A DNA stretch of 64,000 bases from Anditalea sp. GTDB lineage: Bacteria > Bacteroidota > Bacteroidia > Cytophagales > Cyclobacteriaceae. Below are positions 21,101 through 28,854 of this stretch, one piece after another. Where the stretch lies: positions 6,935 through 70,934 of the forward strand of contig JBBDSC010000217.1 in the NCBI GenBank assembly GCA_040905145.1, given 5' to 3'. A model generated the notes under the pieces. It saw only the letters and a list, made by a program, of their open reading frames with translations. It was not told the origin of the DNA and did no database searches. The position numbers and the translations under genes are program-made. The first letter of the stretch is position 1; the number at the start of each line of letters is the position of its first letter.

Positions 21101-21276
21101 TTGAGATAGACGGAGAAAAGGCGGCCCAAGCCAATGCCGCTTCCTTGTTTTCAAGTCCTCTTTCTCCAAGTGTAAGATCAGGTCAGGATTATGGAGAGAA
21201 TAACAATGTAGGGGATTATGAAGGTGAATTCGCTTTTAAAGGTTCCTATCAAAATCTTACCCTTGAATTGAAGTAA
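18142..21276 (+). CDS. ThuA-domain / membrane-bound-dehydrogenase-type beta-propeller / HEAT / LamG-like fusion lipoprotein
   Basis: 1044 aa. The N-terminal ThuA-like block includes GRIFYTAYGHNDSTW and NGIFWAMG. The propeller region (DTDGDGKAD, DTDGDDVAD) is paralogous to 1482-4661. No CxxCH motif is present. Confidence 0.75.
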   Translation: MKQAFILLILTGMLFHSCKDKLITTSGNLSENNDYQKGRRAELLFLGHASDHHPSRKYAPWLATSVFKSGINITYTENLEDLNPENLNKYDALVIYANHDYLAPEQESALKEFLDNGKGLIPLHSATGCFKNSDWYIQTIGGQFASHGTGEFMAEIIEASHPILDGVESFETWDETYVHKNINPDIKVLTERVENGHREPYTWIREEGNGRIFYTAYGHNDSTWTNPGFQKLVENGIFWAMGDKVQALVAALDIPEVDVYEEPISDFTKRYEVPKVQEPLEPEESKKLIQTPVDFDIQLFASEPDIVNPIAMAWDERGRLWIVESVDYPNTFKETDGLANDRIKICEDTDGDGKADKFTVFADNLNIPTSIAFANGGVIVSMAPDFLFMKDTDGDDVADVREVIMTGWGKYDTHAGPSNLQYGFDNKIWGVTGYSGFNGTINGKPMRFPQGVYHFDPDGKNFEYLASTSNNTWGLGFSEDNNVFISTANNTHAAYYSIPAKYLQRTLPEAAEGQPSPPYSIQPIQKIDGHYDAHAMTPNLRQVDVVGGFTSAAGIRLYTARDFPKEYWNRIAFVSEPTIRLTHNAILEPEGAGFVEKDGWNLLASSDEWFGPVQAEVGPDGAVWIADWYNFIIQHNVFVERQAPSRMVLPFTDQPHGQGNAFHSELRDTNHGRIYRVVYKNAKPYTPIQLSTNDPQGLLAALKNDNMFWRMTAQRLLVESGAQDVIPELYGIINDQQIDEIGLNSPAVHALWTLHGLGALDGSNQEALQVAIKALSHPADGVRKAAVEVLPENEQAIAAFQESGIIQDPNLNVRMHAFLSLATMPTSDAVGELLYGASMSPENAKDDWLSKALFAAAINHEESFLAASSKNGAASSPENGLNQRLVKAVGKEIYELGRRSTLQFSPEVAQKEIIIKASVSKRGNEDPEGFIVAQGGKENGYGLYIEDGKLNFVVNQNGKKYKAVTTKALPERYEFVAYLAKNGRMSIEIDGEKAAQANAASLFSSPLSPSVRSGQDYGENNNVGDYEGEFAFKGSYQNLTLELK

Positions 21277-21289
21277 ATAACTAAAAAGA

Positions 21290-21322
21290 AGACCTGTCAG
21301 GTTTTGAAAACCTGACAGGTCT
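21290..21322 (+). terminator. Perfect 16+1+16 palindrome after the 18142-21276 gene
   Basis: AGACCTGTCAGGTTTTGAAAACCTGACAGGTCT starts 14 nt after the stop codon. Confidence 0.6.
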
Positions 21323-21406
21323 ATAACTGGTATGAAAATTGAAAACCCCGTTATCAACTAAGCGAATATTTCCCTTACCTGAAATCAATAATCAAAATTT
21401 AGAGTC

Positions 21407-22006
21407 ATGAAGAAAAATTTGTTTTTATTGGGGGCTTTGGGTCTTTTAATATCCTGCCAGGGTATTTCAGATAAGAAAAGCACAGCCTTCCATTCCCTTT
21501 CAATGAACCAGGGATTCGCCGTTCAGACCGTAGCTTACCTTGCCCAGGAAGGCATAATGGAAGGCATGAGATTATCATCAGAAGGGAATGCCCGTTCTGA
21601 TTGGGACAAAAAATTTATCCAGGAGGATCCAAGATTTATACTGATTGAGGTTGTCCCTGATTTAATGAAGTTTGATACCGATACGTTTACAGTAGCTGTA
21701 GGAGAAAAAATCGTACTTGAACTGGATAACCTGGACGGGATGCAACATAATCTGCTAATCGGCAAACAAGGGACATTGGAGAAGATAGGGACCGCCGCAG
21801 ATGCCATGCTCAGGGATCCAAAAGCTGCTGAAAAACAATATGTTCCAGAAATACCAGAGGTATTGTTTGCTACTGAATTGCTCGACCCGGGGGAAGTCTT
21901 CACCCTGAAGTTTACCGCCCCTGCTGAACCTGGAAATTATCCTTTTGTATGTACTTTTCCCGGCCATTGGCGAATGATGAACGGGATTATGAAAGTGGAG
22001 GAATAG
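21407..22006 (+). CDS. Cupredoxin (azurin/plastocyanin-like blue copper protein), lipoprotein
   Basis: The leader is LLISCQG. The copper-ligand pattern is MQHN...YPFVCTFPGHWRMMNG (His, Cys, His, Met). Confidence 0.75.
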   Translation: MKKNLFLLGALGLLISCQGISDKKSTAFHSLSMNQGFAVQTVAYLAQEGIMEGMRLSSEGNARSDWDKKFIQEDPRFILIEVVPDLMKFDTDTFTVAVGEKIVLELDNLDGMQHNLLIGKQGTLEKIGTAADAMLRDPKAAEKQYVPEIPEVLFATELLDPGEVFTLKFTAPAEPGNYPFVCTFPGHWRMMNGIMKVEE

Positions 22007-22011
22007 CAAAA

Positions 22012-22127
22012 GGACGGAAGTCCGAAGTCGGATGACCGAAGTGAAGTGGAGAGTGGGGAGTTCCTTAGGAACGAAGAGACGAAGAGAGAGGGAGACGGAA
22101 GAGGTGACATCGGAAGTCCAAAGTCAG
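22012..22127. repeat. Purine-rich word repeat block (GGAAGTCCGAAGTC / GACGAAGAG / GGAGACGGAAG words)
   Basis: CGGAAGTCCGAAGTC at about 22015 and CGGAAGTCCAAAGTC at about 22110 form a direct repeat. Related words occur at 56531-56560 and 4667-4700. Confidence 0.5.
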
Positions 22128-22247
22128 CGTTCTTACCCTGAAGGGGTAAAAGATGAATAGCCCCGGGTGAAATGACTATGGACCATCAACTATGGACTCT
22201 CTGTTCTGCAGAATATAAATTAAACAATAACATCAATAAACTACCCT

Positions 22248-23012
22248 ATGAAAAAAAATAACAATATCTTTTGGCTTTCCAAGCACCTGTTTTTTTCAAC
22301 TGCTTTCTGGATGATGGCGTGCTTTATGCTCAGCCAATGTACTCCAAAATCCCAGCAAGCCTCCAATGCATCTGAAAGTATCCGGACCTTAATAGTAGGC
22401 GGGGGTGCATCCCATGATTTTGACAAATGGTACAAAGAAGCTGATGCCCGTACATTGCGGGAGGATGGACTGGCCACCGTAAGGTACACTGACAACACGG
22501 ATTCCATTGTTCATTATCTACCGGATATTGACGTCCTATATCTTACCAACAACCAACCTATCAGCGATCCCAAGACACGCCAGGCCATCTTTGATTTTGC
22601 GGATGCAGGAAAGGGGCTGGTTTTGGGACATGCCGCACTTTGGTACAATTGGGAAGACTGGCCCGAATACAATCAGCTAATGGTAAGTGGGGGCTCCAGC
22701 GGTCATGATAAATATGGTAGCTTCGATGTCAACATCACCAATACAAATCACCCGGTTACCCAAGGGGTGGATCAGAAGTTTACCTTAAAAGACGAACTTT
22801 ATTATTTTAAAGTGGACGAAAGTGGCCCTGGGATAGAAGTGCTTGCCACGGCCAGTACCGAAGGTTCTGAAATTTTCCCCTCTGTGTTTGTCATAAACCA
22901 CCCTAACGCAAGGATTGTAGGCATAGCCTTGGGACATGATGGGGAATCCCATGATCTGAAGGCCTATAAAACGATCTTGAGAAATGCAGTGAAATGGGCA
23001 GCTAATGAATAA
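22248..23012 (+). CDS. ThuA domain-containing protein (trehalose-utilisation-like)
   Basis: 254 aa with a leader peptide. IRTLIVGGGASHDF and ARIVGIALGHDGESH..NAVKWA resemble ThuA. Confidence 0.8.
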   Translation: MKKNNNIFWLSKHLFFSTAFWMMACFMLSQCTPKSQQASNASESIRTLIVGGGASHDFDKWYKEADARTLREDGLATVRYTDNTDSIVHYLPDIDVLYLTNNQPISDPKTRQAIFDFADAGKGLVLGHAALWYNWEDWPEYNQLMVSGGSSGHDKYGSFDVNITNTNHPVTQGVDQKFTLKDELYYFKVDESGPGIEVLATASTEGSEIFPSVFVINHPNARIVGIALGHDGESHDLKAYKTILRNAVKWAANE

Positions 23013-23030
23013 TTGATTCGTAGTTCCCCA

Positions 23031-23065
23031 GAGGCCTTCCAGGTTTTGAAAACCTGGAAGGCCTC
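23031..23065 (+). terminator. Perfect 17+1+17 palindrome after the ThuA gene
   Basis: GAGGCCTTCCAGGTTTTGAAAACCTGGAAGGCCTC is followed by AAGTTTTTG. It shares its central 17 nt with 21290-21322. Confidence 0.6.
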
Positions 23066-23141
23066 AAGTTTTTGTACCTGTACCTCATACTTTGTACCAA
23101 ACAGCAAAACTTATTACGATTTACCAAAATATTAAAAAGTT

Positions 23142-24257
23142 ATGAATCAGAAAAAAATCACAGTTGTTATTGTCGGAATGGGATTTGGAAAGGAATTTAT
23201 TCCCATTTATCAAAGCCATCCAAATATCAAGTCAGTAGGCATTTGTACCAGAAATCAAAAAACACTGGATGAACTGGCCGCCAAATTCAACCTAGACAAG
23301 GACCTGTGTTTTACCAATTTTGAGGATGTTCCAAAAAGAGATGATGTGGATGCCATCCATGTAGTGACCCCTGTTCCTGAACACGCAAAGATGACTTTAG
23401 CGTCCCTTAATGCCAATAAACATACTGCCTGCACCATCCCCATGGCAATGACAGTGGAAGACTGCAAGGCAATCGTCGAGGCAAAAAGAAAAGCCAACAA
23501 GGTGTATATGATGATGGAGACCGCCTTATATACCCGTGAATTTTTATACGGACTCCAACTGGCAGAAAAAGGGGATCTGGGAAAAATCCAGTTTGTAAGA
23601 GGCTCCCATATTCAGGATATGAGCATGGAAGGATGGGCCGAATACTGGAAAGGTTTCCCCCCCATGTTGAATGGGACTCATGCCATTTCTCCCTTATTAA
23701 GAATAAACAATACAAAGGCAGAAGCAGTAGTTTGCCATGGTTCCGGCAGATTGTCCGAAGATCTGGCCAGTAGGTATGGCTCCCCTTATGCTGTGGAAAC
23801 GGCTACTTTTACCCTTAAAAATTCTGATGTGGTCGCCGAGGCTACCCGATCCTTATTTGATGTGGTAAGACAGTATAGGGAAAGTTATGATGTATACGGC
23901 ACCAAAATGTCCTTTGAATGGGAGCAATTAGAGGATGAGAGCCATGTGATATTTGATGGTGGGGAAAATGCCCGGCGTATCAATGTTCCTGATACCGATG
24001 CACTGCTCATTGAGCCCATCAAGCATTTTACCAAAAGGGAGAAAATAGATGACCCCAATCACGTCTCATTTCTACAGGGAGCAGGCCATGGTGGATCCCA
24101 CCCTCACTTGGTGCAGGAGTTTGTAGCTGCTATCGTAGAAGGAAGGGACTCGGCAGTAGATGCGGCCTTGGCGGCCAACTATACCTGTGCAGGCATTTGT
24201 GCTCATGAATCAGCCATGAAAAACGGGAAGAGAGTCAATATCCCCGATTTTGAATAA
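23142..24257 (+). CDS. Gfo/Idh/MocA family oxidoreductase
   Basis: The N-terminal Rossmann segment is KITVVIVGMGFGKEF. Length is 371 aa and no signal peptide is apparent. Confidence 0.85.
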   Translation: MNQKKITVVIVGMGFGKEFIPIYQSHPNIKSVGICTRNQKTLDELAAKFNLDKDLCFTNFEDVPKRDDVDAIHVVTPVPEHAKMTLASLNANKHTACTIPMAMTVEDCKAIVEAKRKANKVYMMMETALYTREFLYGLQLAEKGDLGKIQFVRGSHIQDMSMEGWAEYWKGFPPMLNGTHAISPLLRINNTKAEAVVCHGSGRLSEDLASRYGSPYAVETATFTLKNSDVVAEATRSLFDVVRQYRESYDVYGTKMSFEWEQLEDESHVIFDGGENARRINVPDTDALLIEPIKHFTKREKIDDPNHVSFLQGAGHGGSHPHLVQEFVAAIVEGRDSAVDAALAANYTCAGICAHESAMKNGKRVNIPDFE

Positions 24258-24454
24258 ATTTTGGAAATTTTCCCGCTGATCACGCTGCCTTGCCACCAGG
24301 CAGGTTCTCACAGATGAAGGCTTAAAATCTGCGTGGACTCGCCTGTCCTGTCCGGCCGGGAGGCCTGCCGGACATTATGGCAGATTTGAATTATATCTTC
24401 ATTTAAAATCAGTTGACAACTACATCTATTCTTTTCATCTTTTAACAATTCAAC

Positions 24455-25300
24455 ATGCAATTTGGAGTAAGTACATTTTTATGGGTATCACCATTTGATA
24501 CCCATTCTTTCGATTTGGTGTATAAGATCAAGGAAATGGGATTTGATATCATTGAAGTACCTGTTGAAAACAAGTCGTTGATTGACTGGTCCCAATTAAA
24601 AGAAGCGGTGAGAGAGGCGGGGCTAAAAGTCACCATCAGCGGTGCTTTTGGGGCAGATCGGGACATCTCCAGTGAAGATCCCAAGGTCCGGGAGCAAGGC
24701 CTGAAATATATAATGGATTGCATTGAAATTGCTGAATATATGGGCAGCCCCTTATTTGGTGGGCCTTTGTATTCTGCCGTGGGCAAGACTCGCTTTATTT
24801 CAGAGGACCAGAAAAAAAGGGAAATGGAATGGTGTGTGGAAAACCTTTCCAAAGCTGGAAAATTTGCCCAGAATCATGGCATCATCCTAGGGTTGGAGCC
24901 CTTGAACAGATTTGAAAGTGACATGGTCAATACAGCCGACCAGGCGCTCTCCATCGTCAAGGAAGTTTCCCATCCCAACCTCAAAATCCAATTGGACACT
25001 TTCCATTGTAATATTGAAGAAAAAAACATTCCAGACACCATCAGGAAAATAGGGAAAGACCTGCTATGCCATGTGCAGGGAAATGAAAGTGACCGGGGAA
25101 CCCCGGGAACAGGCAATCTGGATTGGCAGGGAATCAAATCCGCCCTAGAAGAAATCGGGTATGATGGGGCTATGGTGATTGAAACATTTGGAGCAGTTTC
25201 AGAGGAAATCGCCAAAGCTACCTGTATTTGGAGACCTTTGGCCAATAGTTCCGACGAATTGGCCGAAGAAGGGCTGGCTTTCTATAAGGGGTTGTTTTAA
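24455..25300 (+). CDS. Sugar phosphate isomerase/epimerase (xylose-isomerase-like TIM barrel)
   Basis: 281 aa. MQFGVSTFLW..GFDIIEV..LGLEPLNRFE..DTFHCNIEE follows the pattern typical of this fold family. Confidence 0.85.
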   Translation: MQFGVSTFLWVSPFDTHSFDLVYKIKEMGFDIIEVPVENKSLIDWSQLKEAVREAGLKVTISGAFGADRDISSEDPKVREQGLKYIMDCIEIAEYMGSPLFGGPLYSAVGKTRFISEDQKKREMEWCVENLSKAGKFAQNHGIILGLEPLNRFESDMVNTADQALSIVKEVSHPNLKIQLDTFHCNIEEKNIPDTIRKIGKDLLCHVQGNESDRGTPGTGNLDWQGIKSALEEIGYDGAMVIETFGAVSEEIAKATCIWRPLANSSDELAEEGLAFYKGLF

Positions 25301-25416
25301 TCCATTAAAATACTTAAAATTGTTAAGAGTTTCCTTTTAAGGTTGATTTTCATAAATACTAGTGATGTACGGACTCTTCATAGACTGCTGGAATATTTGG
25401 TGTAATTAAAATATCA

Positions 25417-26292
25417 ATGATTAAAGTATTGCCAGAAATCGAGAATAATGGAAAAATGTGGAAGGATTCACTTATTTTAAAAGGTGACTCTAATGTAGTG
25501 ATTGAAGGCTTGCCTGACAATTTCTATTCCAGTTGTGTTACAAGCCCTCCATATTGGGGTAAAAGAGACTATGGATACGAAGGACAGATTGGGGCAGAAC
25601 ACGAGTTGAATGATTATATCAAAAACCTTGTTAACATTTTTCGAAATGTAAAGAAAAAGTTAAAAGAAGATGGAACTCTATGGGTCAATATTGGAGACAC
25701 ATATACAAGTGGAAATAGAACTTGGCGTGCAGAAGATAAAAAGAATCCTGCCCGCGGGATGAACTATAGGCCGCCTACTCCGGATGGACTTAAACCCAAG
25801 GATTTAATAGGTCTTCCATGGAAACTTGCTTTTGCTTTACAGGAAGACGGTTGGTATCTTCGCTCTGACATTATATGGTATAAACCAAATTGTCAACCCG
25901 AATCAGTAAAAGATCGACCTACTCAATCTCATGAATATATATTTCTGCTATCAAAATCAGAGAAATACTATTATGATTATTTAAGTATTAGAGAGCAGAC
26001 TTCGCAAAAAGACAAGCTTCGTAACAAGCGTAGTGTCTGGTTTGTCAATACAGAACCTTTTCCAGAAGCACATTTTGCGACTTTCCCAGAGGATTTAATA
26101 AAGCCAATCATTTTAGCATCATCTAAAGAGAGTGATTTTGTCTTAGATCCATTTTTTGGGTCAGGAACGGTCGGGTCAGTTTGTAAAAAATTAGGCCGCA
26201 AGTTCCATGGAATTGAATTAAAAGATGAATATATAGAAATTGCTAAAAGACGAATATTTAATGATAAACAAATTTCGCTCTTTAATTCCTGA
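25417..26292 (+). CDS. Beta-class DNA methyltransferase, probably N4-cytosine (SPPY)
   Basis: Motif IV (TSPPYWGKRDY) lies near the N-terminus and motif I (LDPFFGSGTVG) near the C-terminus. The gene is AT-rich compared with its flanks. Confidence 0.85.
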   Translation: MIKVLPEIENNGKMWKDSLILKGDSNVVIEGLPDNFYSSCVTSPPYWGKRDYGYEGQIGAEHELNDYIKNLVNIFRNVKKKLKEDGTLWVNIGDTYTSGNRTWRAEDKKNPARGMNYRPPTPDGLKPKDLIGLPWKLAFALQEDGWYLRSDIIWYKPNCQPESVKDRPTQSHEYIFLLSKSEKYYYDYLSIREQTSQKDKLRNKRSVWFVNTEPFPEAHFATFPEDLIKPIILASSKESDFVLDPFFGSGTVGSVCKKLGRKFHGIELKDEYIEIAKRRIFNDKQISLFNS

Positions 26293-27217
26293 TTTACAGA
26301 TTAGCTTCTATTATCGACTTAAAACAGTAAAGGAACTTTATTTTCATGCTGCTTTAAAGCAAGCTTTAAAAAGTATAGATATTAAAGAAGTTGACAGGGA
26401 ACTATCAATATATGTATCACAGGAAGCTTTAAGGAAATTAGCGTCTTTTTCTTTACGTGGAGAGGCCTTATTCCCAATACCATCCTTACTTCTCCAAAAT
26501 CCGTATCTATTAGGTTACTATAGATTACTACTAGGCTTTTCTCAAAAAGAATTCTATTCTAAAGGACCCTTTGGAATTTTTAAATCAATGGAAGAAAAAG
26601 GTTCTATTTCGAAGAACGCTAAACTTTCTTTGAATGAATTGTGTAAAAGCTTAATTCAATCAATGGAATTAGTGGTGACCGAAATTGATGAATTTTCCCT
26701 ACCCATTATTCAAGAATTGCAACTACTAACAGTTGGACCATTATTTCGTGGCTCCATGAATAATAAATACGGGCAATTAGCAACGCAGAAAACTTTCGAT
26801 CTAATTAAAGAAATTGTAAGAGACTATATTCTAGCAACCACTCCATTATCGATTAGAATTAAAAATGATTCAGGTCGAATGGTAACAATTGCATTTGCCG
26901 CTGATCCAGATATTGAAATTATTGAAGAACTAGCCAATAGCAATAGAGGTTTAATTTCTATGGAAATAAAAGGAGGTCTTGATATATCAAATGTTCATAA
27001 TAGAATTGGTGAGGCAGAAAAAAGCCATCAAAAAGCAAGGAAGCGAGGTTATTTTGAATTTATGACCATTCTGAATGTGGAAGTAAATTACGAAGCCCTT
27101 AGATTTGAATCACCTACAACAAGTCATTTTTATAATCTAGAAAAGCTAATGGATAAAACATCTTCAGAATTTTTTCATTTCAAAGATACTTTATCATCCA
27201 TTATGGGTATAAAATAA
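26261..27217 (+). CDS. Candidate type II restriction endonuclease partner of the methyltransferase
   Basis: The first ATG at 26261 overlaps the MTase 3' end by 32 nt. A PD-(D/E)XK-like arrangement is present (AADPDIEII ... ISMEIKGG). AT-richness matches the MTase. The family was not identified with certainty. Confidence 0.5.
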   Translation: MINKFRSLIPDLQISFYYRLKTVKELYFHAALKQALKSIDIKEVDRELSIYVSQEALRKLASFSLRGEALFPIPSLLLQNPYLLGYYRLLLGFSQKEFYSKGPFGIFKSMEEKGSISKNAKLSLNELCKSLIQSMELVVTEIDEFSLPIIQELQLLTVGPLFRGSMNNKYGQLATQKTFDLIKEIVRDYILATTPLSIRIKNDSGRMVTIAFAADPDIEIIEELANSNRGLISMEIKGGLDISNVHNRIGEAEKSHQKARKRGYFEFMTILNVEVNYEALRFESPTTSHFYNLEKLMDKTSSEFFHFKDTLSSIMGIK

Positions 27218-27381
27218 ATATTTACGAAAGAGTAAAATCTATATTTGGTCATCCGGCAGACTAGTTGATTTACCAAAATTATTTATAGAGCCTACAGGAA
27301 TAAATAATAGTGCGGAAATATAGATTTTTTAAGGAGGAATAGTATCTTCAAAAGAATAATTAAAAATCTTAAAAAGCCACC

Positions 27382-28830
27382 ATGAAAAAATCATTATTTA
27401 CCGCATTCGTTATTCTTTTTGCCTTCATAGCCCAAGCCGAAGTAAGCTTGCCGAAGGTCTTTGCTGACCATATGGTTTTACAGCGCGATATGAAAATCCC
27501 CGTTTGGGGATGGGCCGATCCAAGGGAACGTGTGGAAGTAACTTTTCAGGATAAGTCCTACAAGACGAGAGCCGATAAAAGTGGAAAATGGCAGGTTGAG
27601 ATGAATTCCTCAACAGCAGGAGGCCCTTTCACCTTAACTGTAAAGGGTAAAAACACTCTTTCCTTGAAAGATGTGTTGGTGGGGGATGTTTGGCTGCTGG
27701 GCGGACAGTCCAACATGGAGTGGCCGCTGAGTCAGACCAATAGCGGTGAGGACAGTATAAGCTTGGCTGATTATCCAAATATCCGATTATTTGAGGTAGG
27801 GCAAAACGTTAGCATCTTCCCGATTAAGGATGTCCCGGAAGCCTCCTGGAACCTATGTTCGCCGGAGACTATTGCCGATTTCTCAGCTATTGGTTATTAC
27901 TTTGGGAAAAATTTGCACCAGGACCTGGATATTCCCATTGGGCTGTTGGACATCAATTGGGGAGGAACTGTTTCTGAAGCCTGGACCAGTGGGGAGGCCT
28001 TGACTACCCATGCAGATTTTGAAGGAAAAATGACTGCTTATCAAGCAAGCGGCGAAGCGGATTTTCAAAATGCTGAAAACAAAGGTCCCAACAGCTGGCC
28101 TGCCAGCCTTTTTCATGGAATGCTGGAACCTATTATTCCTTTTGGCATCAAAGGGGCGCTCTGGTATCAGGGAGAGTCCAATGCTCCCAGGGCCTATCAG
28201 TACCGGGAAATCTTCCCTTTGATGATCCAGGATTGGCGTAGCCAATGGGGCCAGGGTGATTTTCCATTCCTATGGGTTCAATTGGCGAATTTTAAACAAC
28301 CGGTAGCTCAACCCAAAGACAGTGATTGGGCAGAATTGCGGGAAGCACAATCCATGACCCTATCCCTGCCCAATACAGGTCAGGCGGTGATCATTGACAA
28401 AGGAGAGGCCGATGACATTCATCCAAGGGATAAATGGACGGTGGGGGAGAGATTGGCCCGATCCGCCAAAAAGGTGGCTTACGGACAAAATGTGGTATAT
28501 AGCGGCCCTACCTTTAACAAAATGGAAATAGAGGGAAACAAGGCCAGGATAATTTTTGACCATGTGGGATCAGGCTTAAAGATCAATGATAAATACGGAT
28601 ATGTAAAAGGATTTGCCATAGCCGGGGAGGACAAGGTGTTCCATTGGGCCAATGCCTGTCAGGACGGCAACGATATTATCGTTTATTCCGACAAAGTCCC
28701 CCACCCCAAATCCGTCCGATATGGCTGGGCCGATAATCCGGATGATGTAAATGTATATAATACAGAAGGCCTTCCAGCTTCTCCCTTTAGGACCGATTCT
28801 TGGGAAGGAATAACTTTTGGTAAAAAATAA
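27382..28830 (+). CDS. Sialate O-acetylesterase-like (SASA family) carbohydrate esterase
   Basis: A signal peptide is followed by LPKVFADHMVLQRD, GGQSNMEW and the WYQGESN blocks. Confidence 0.8.
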   Translation: MKKSLFTAFVILFAFIAQAEVSLPKVFADHMVLQRDMKIPVWGWADPRERVEVTFQDKSYKTRADKSGKWQVEMNSSTAGGPFTLTVKGKNTLSLKDVLVGDVWLLGGQSNMEWPLSQTNSGEDSISLADYPNIRLFEVGQNVSIFPIKDVPEASWNLCSPETIADFSAIGYYFGKNLHQDLDIPIGLLDINWGGTVSEAWTSGEALTTHADFEGKMTAYQASGEADFQNAENKGPNSWPASLFHGMLEPIIPFGIKGALWYQGESNAPRAYQYREIFPLMIQDWRSQWGQGDFPFLWVQLANFKQPVAQPKDSDWAELREAQSMTLSLPNTGQAVIIDKGEADDIHPRDKWTVGERLARSAKKVAYGQNVVYSGPTFNKMEIEGNKARIIFDHVGSGLKINDKYGYVKGFAIAGEDKVFHWANACQDGNDIIVYSDKVPHPKSVRYGWADNPDDVNVYNTEGLPASPFRTDSWEGITFGKK

Positions 28831-28854
28831 GGCATTAATACTTAAACCTGTTTC

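Noticed and set aside
22007-22247. Possible CRISPR-like or tandem array because of recurring GGAAGTCCGAAGTC-type words.
   Set aside because: There is no regular repeat/spacer periodicity and the repeats are short and degenerate. No cas genes are present. It is classified as a word-type intergenic repeat.
23072-23272. 66-aa ORF overlapping the start of the Gfo/Idh/MocA gene.
   Set aside because: It is out of frame with, and largely inside, a well-supported gene. Its N-terminal part is encoded by AT-rich promoter sequence.
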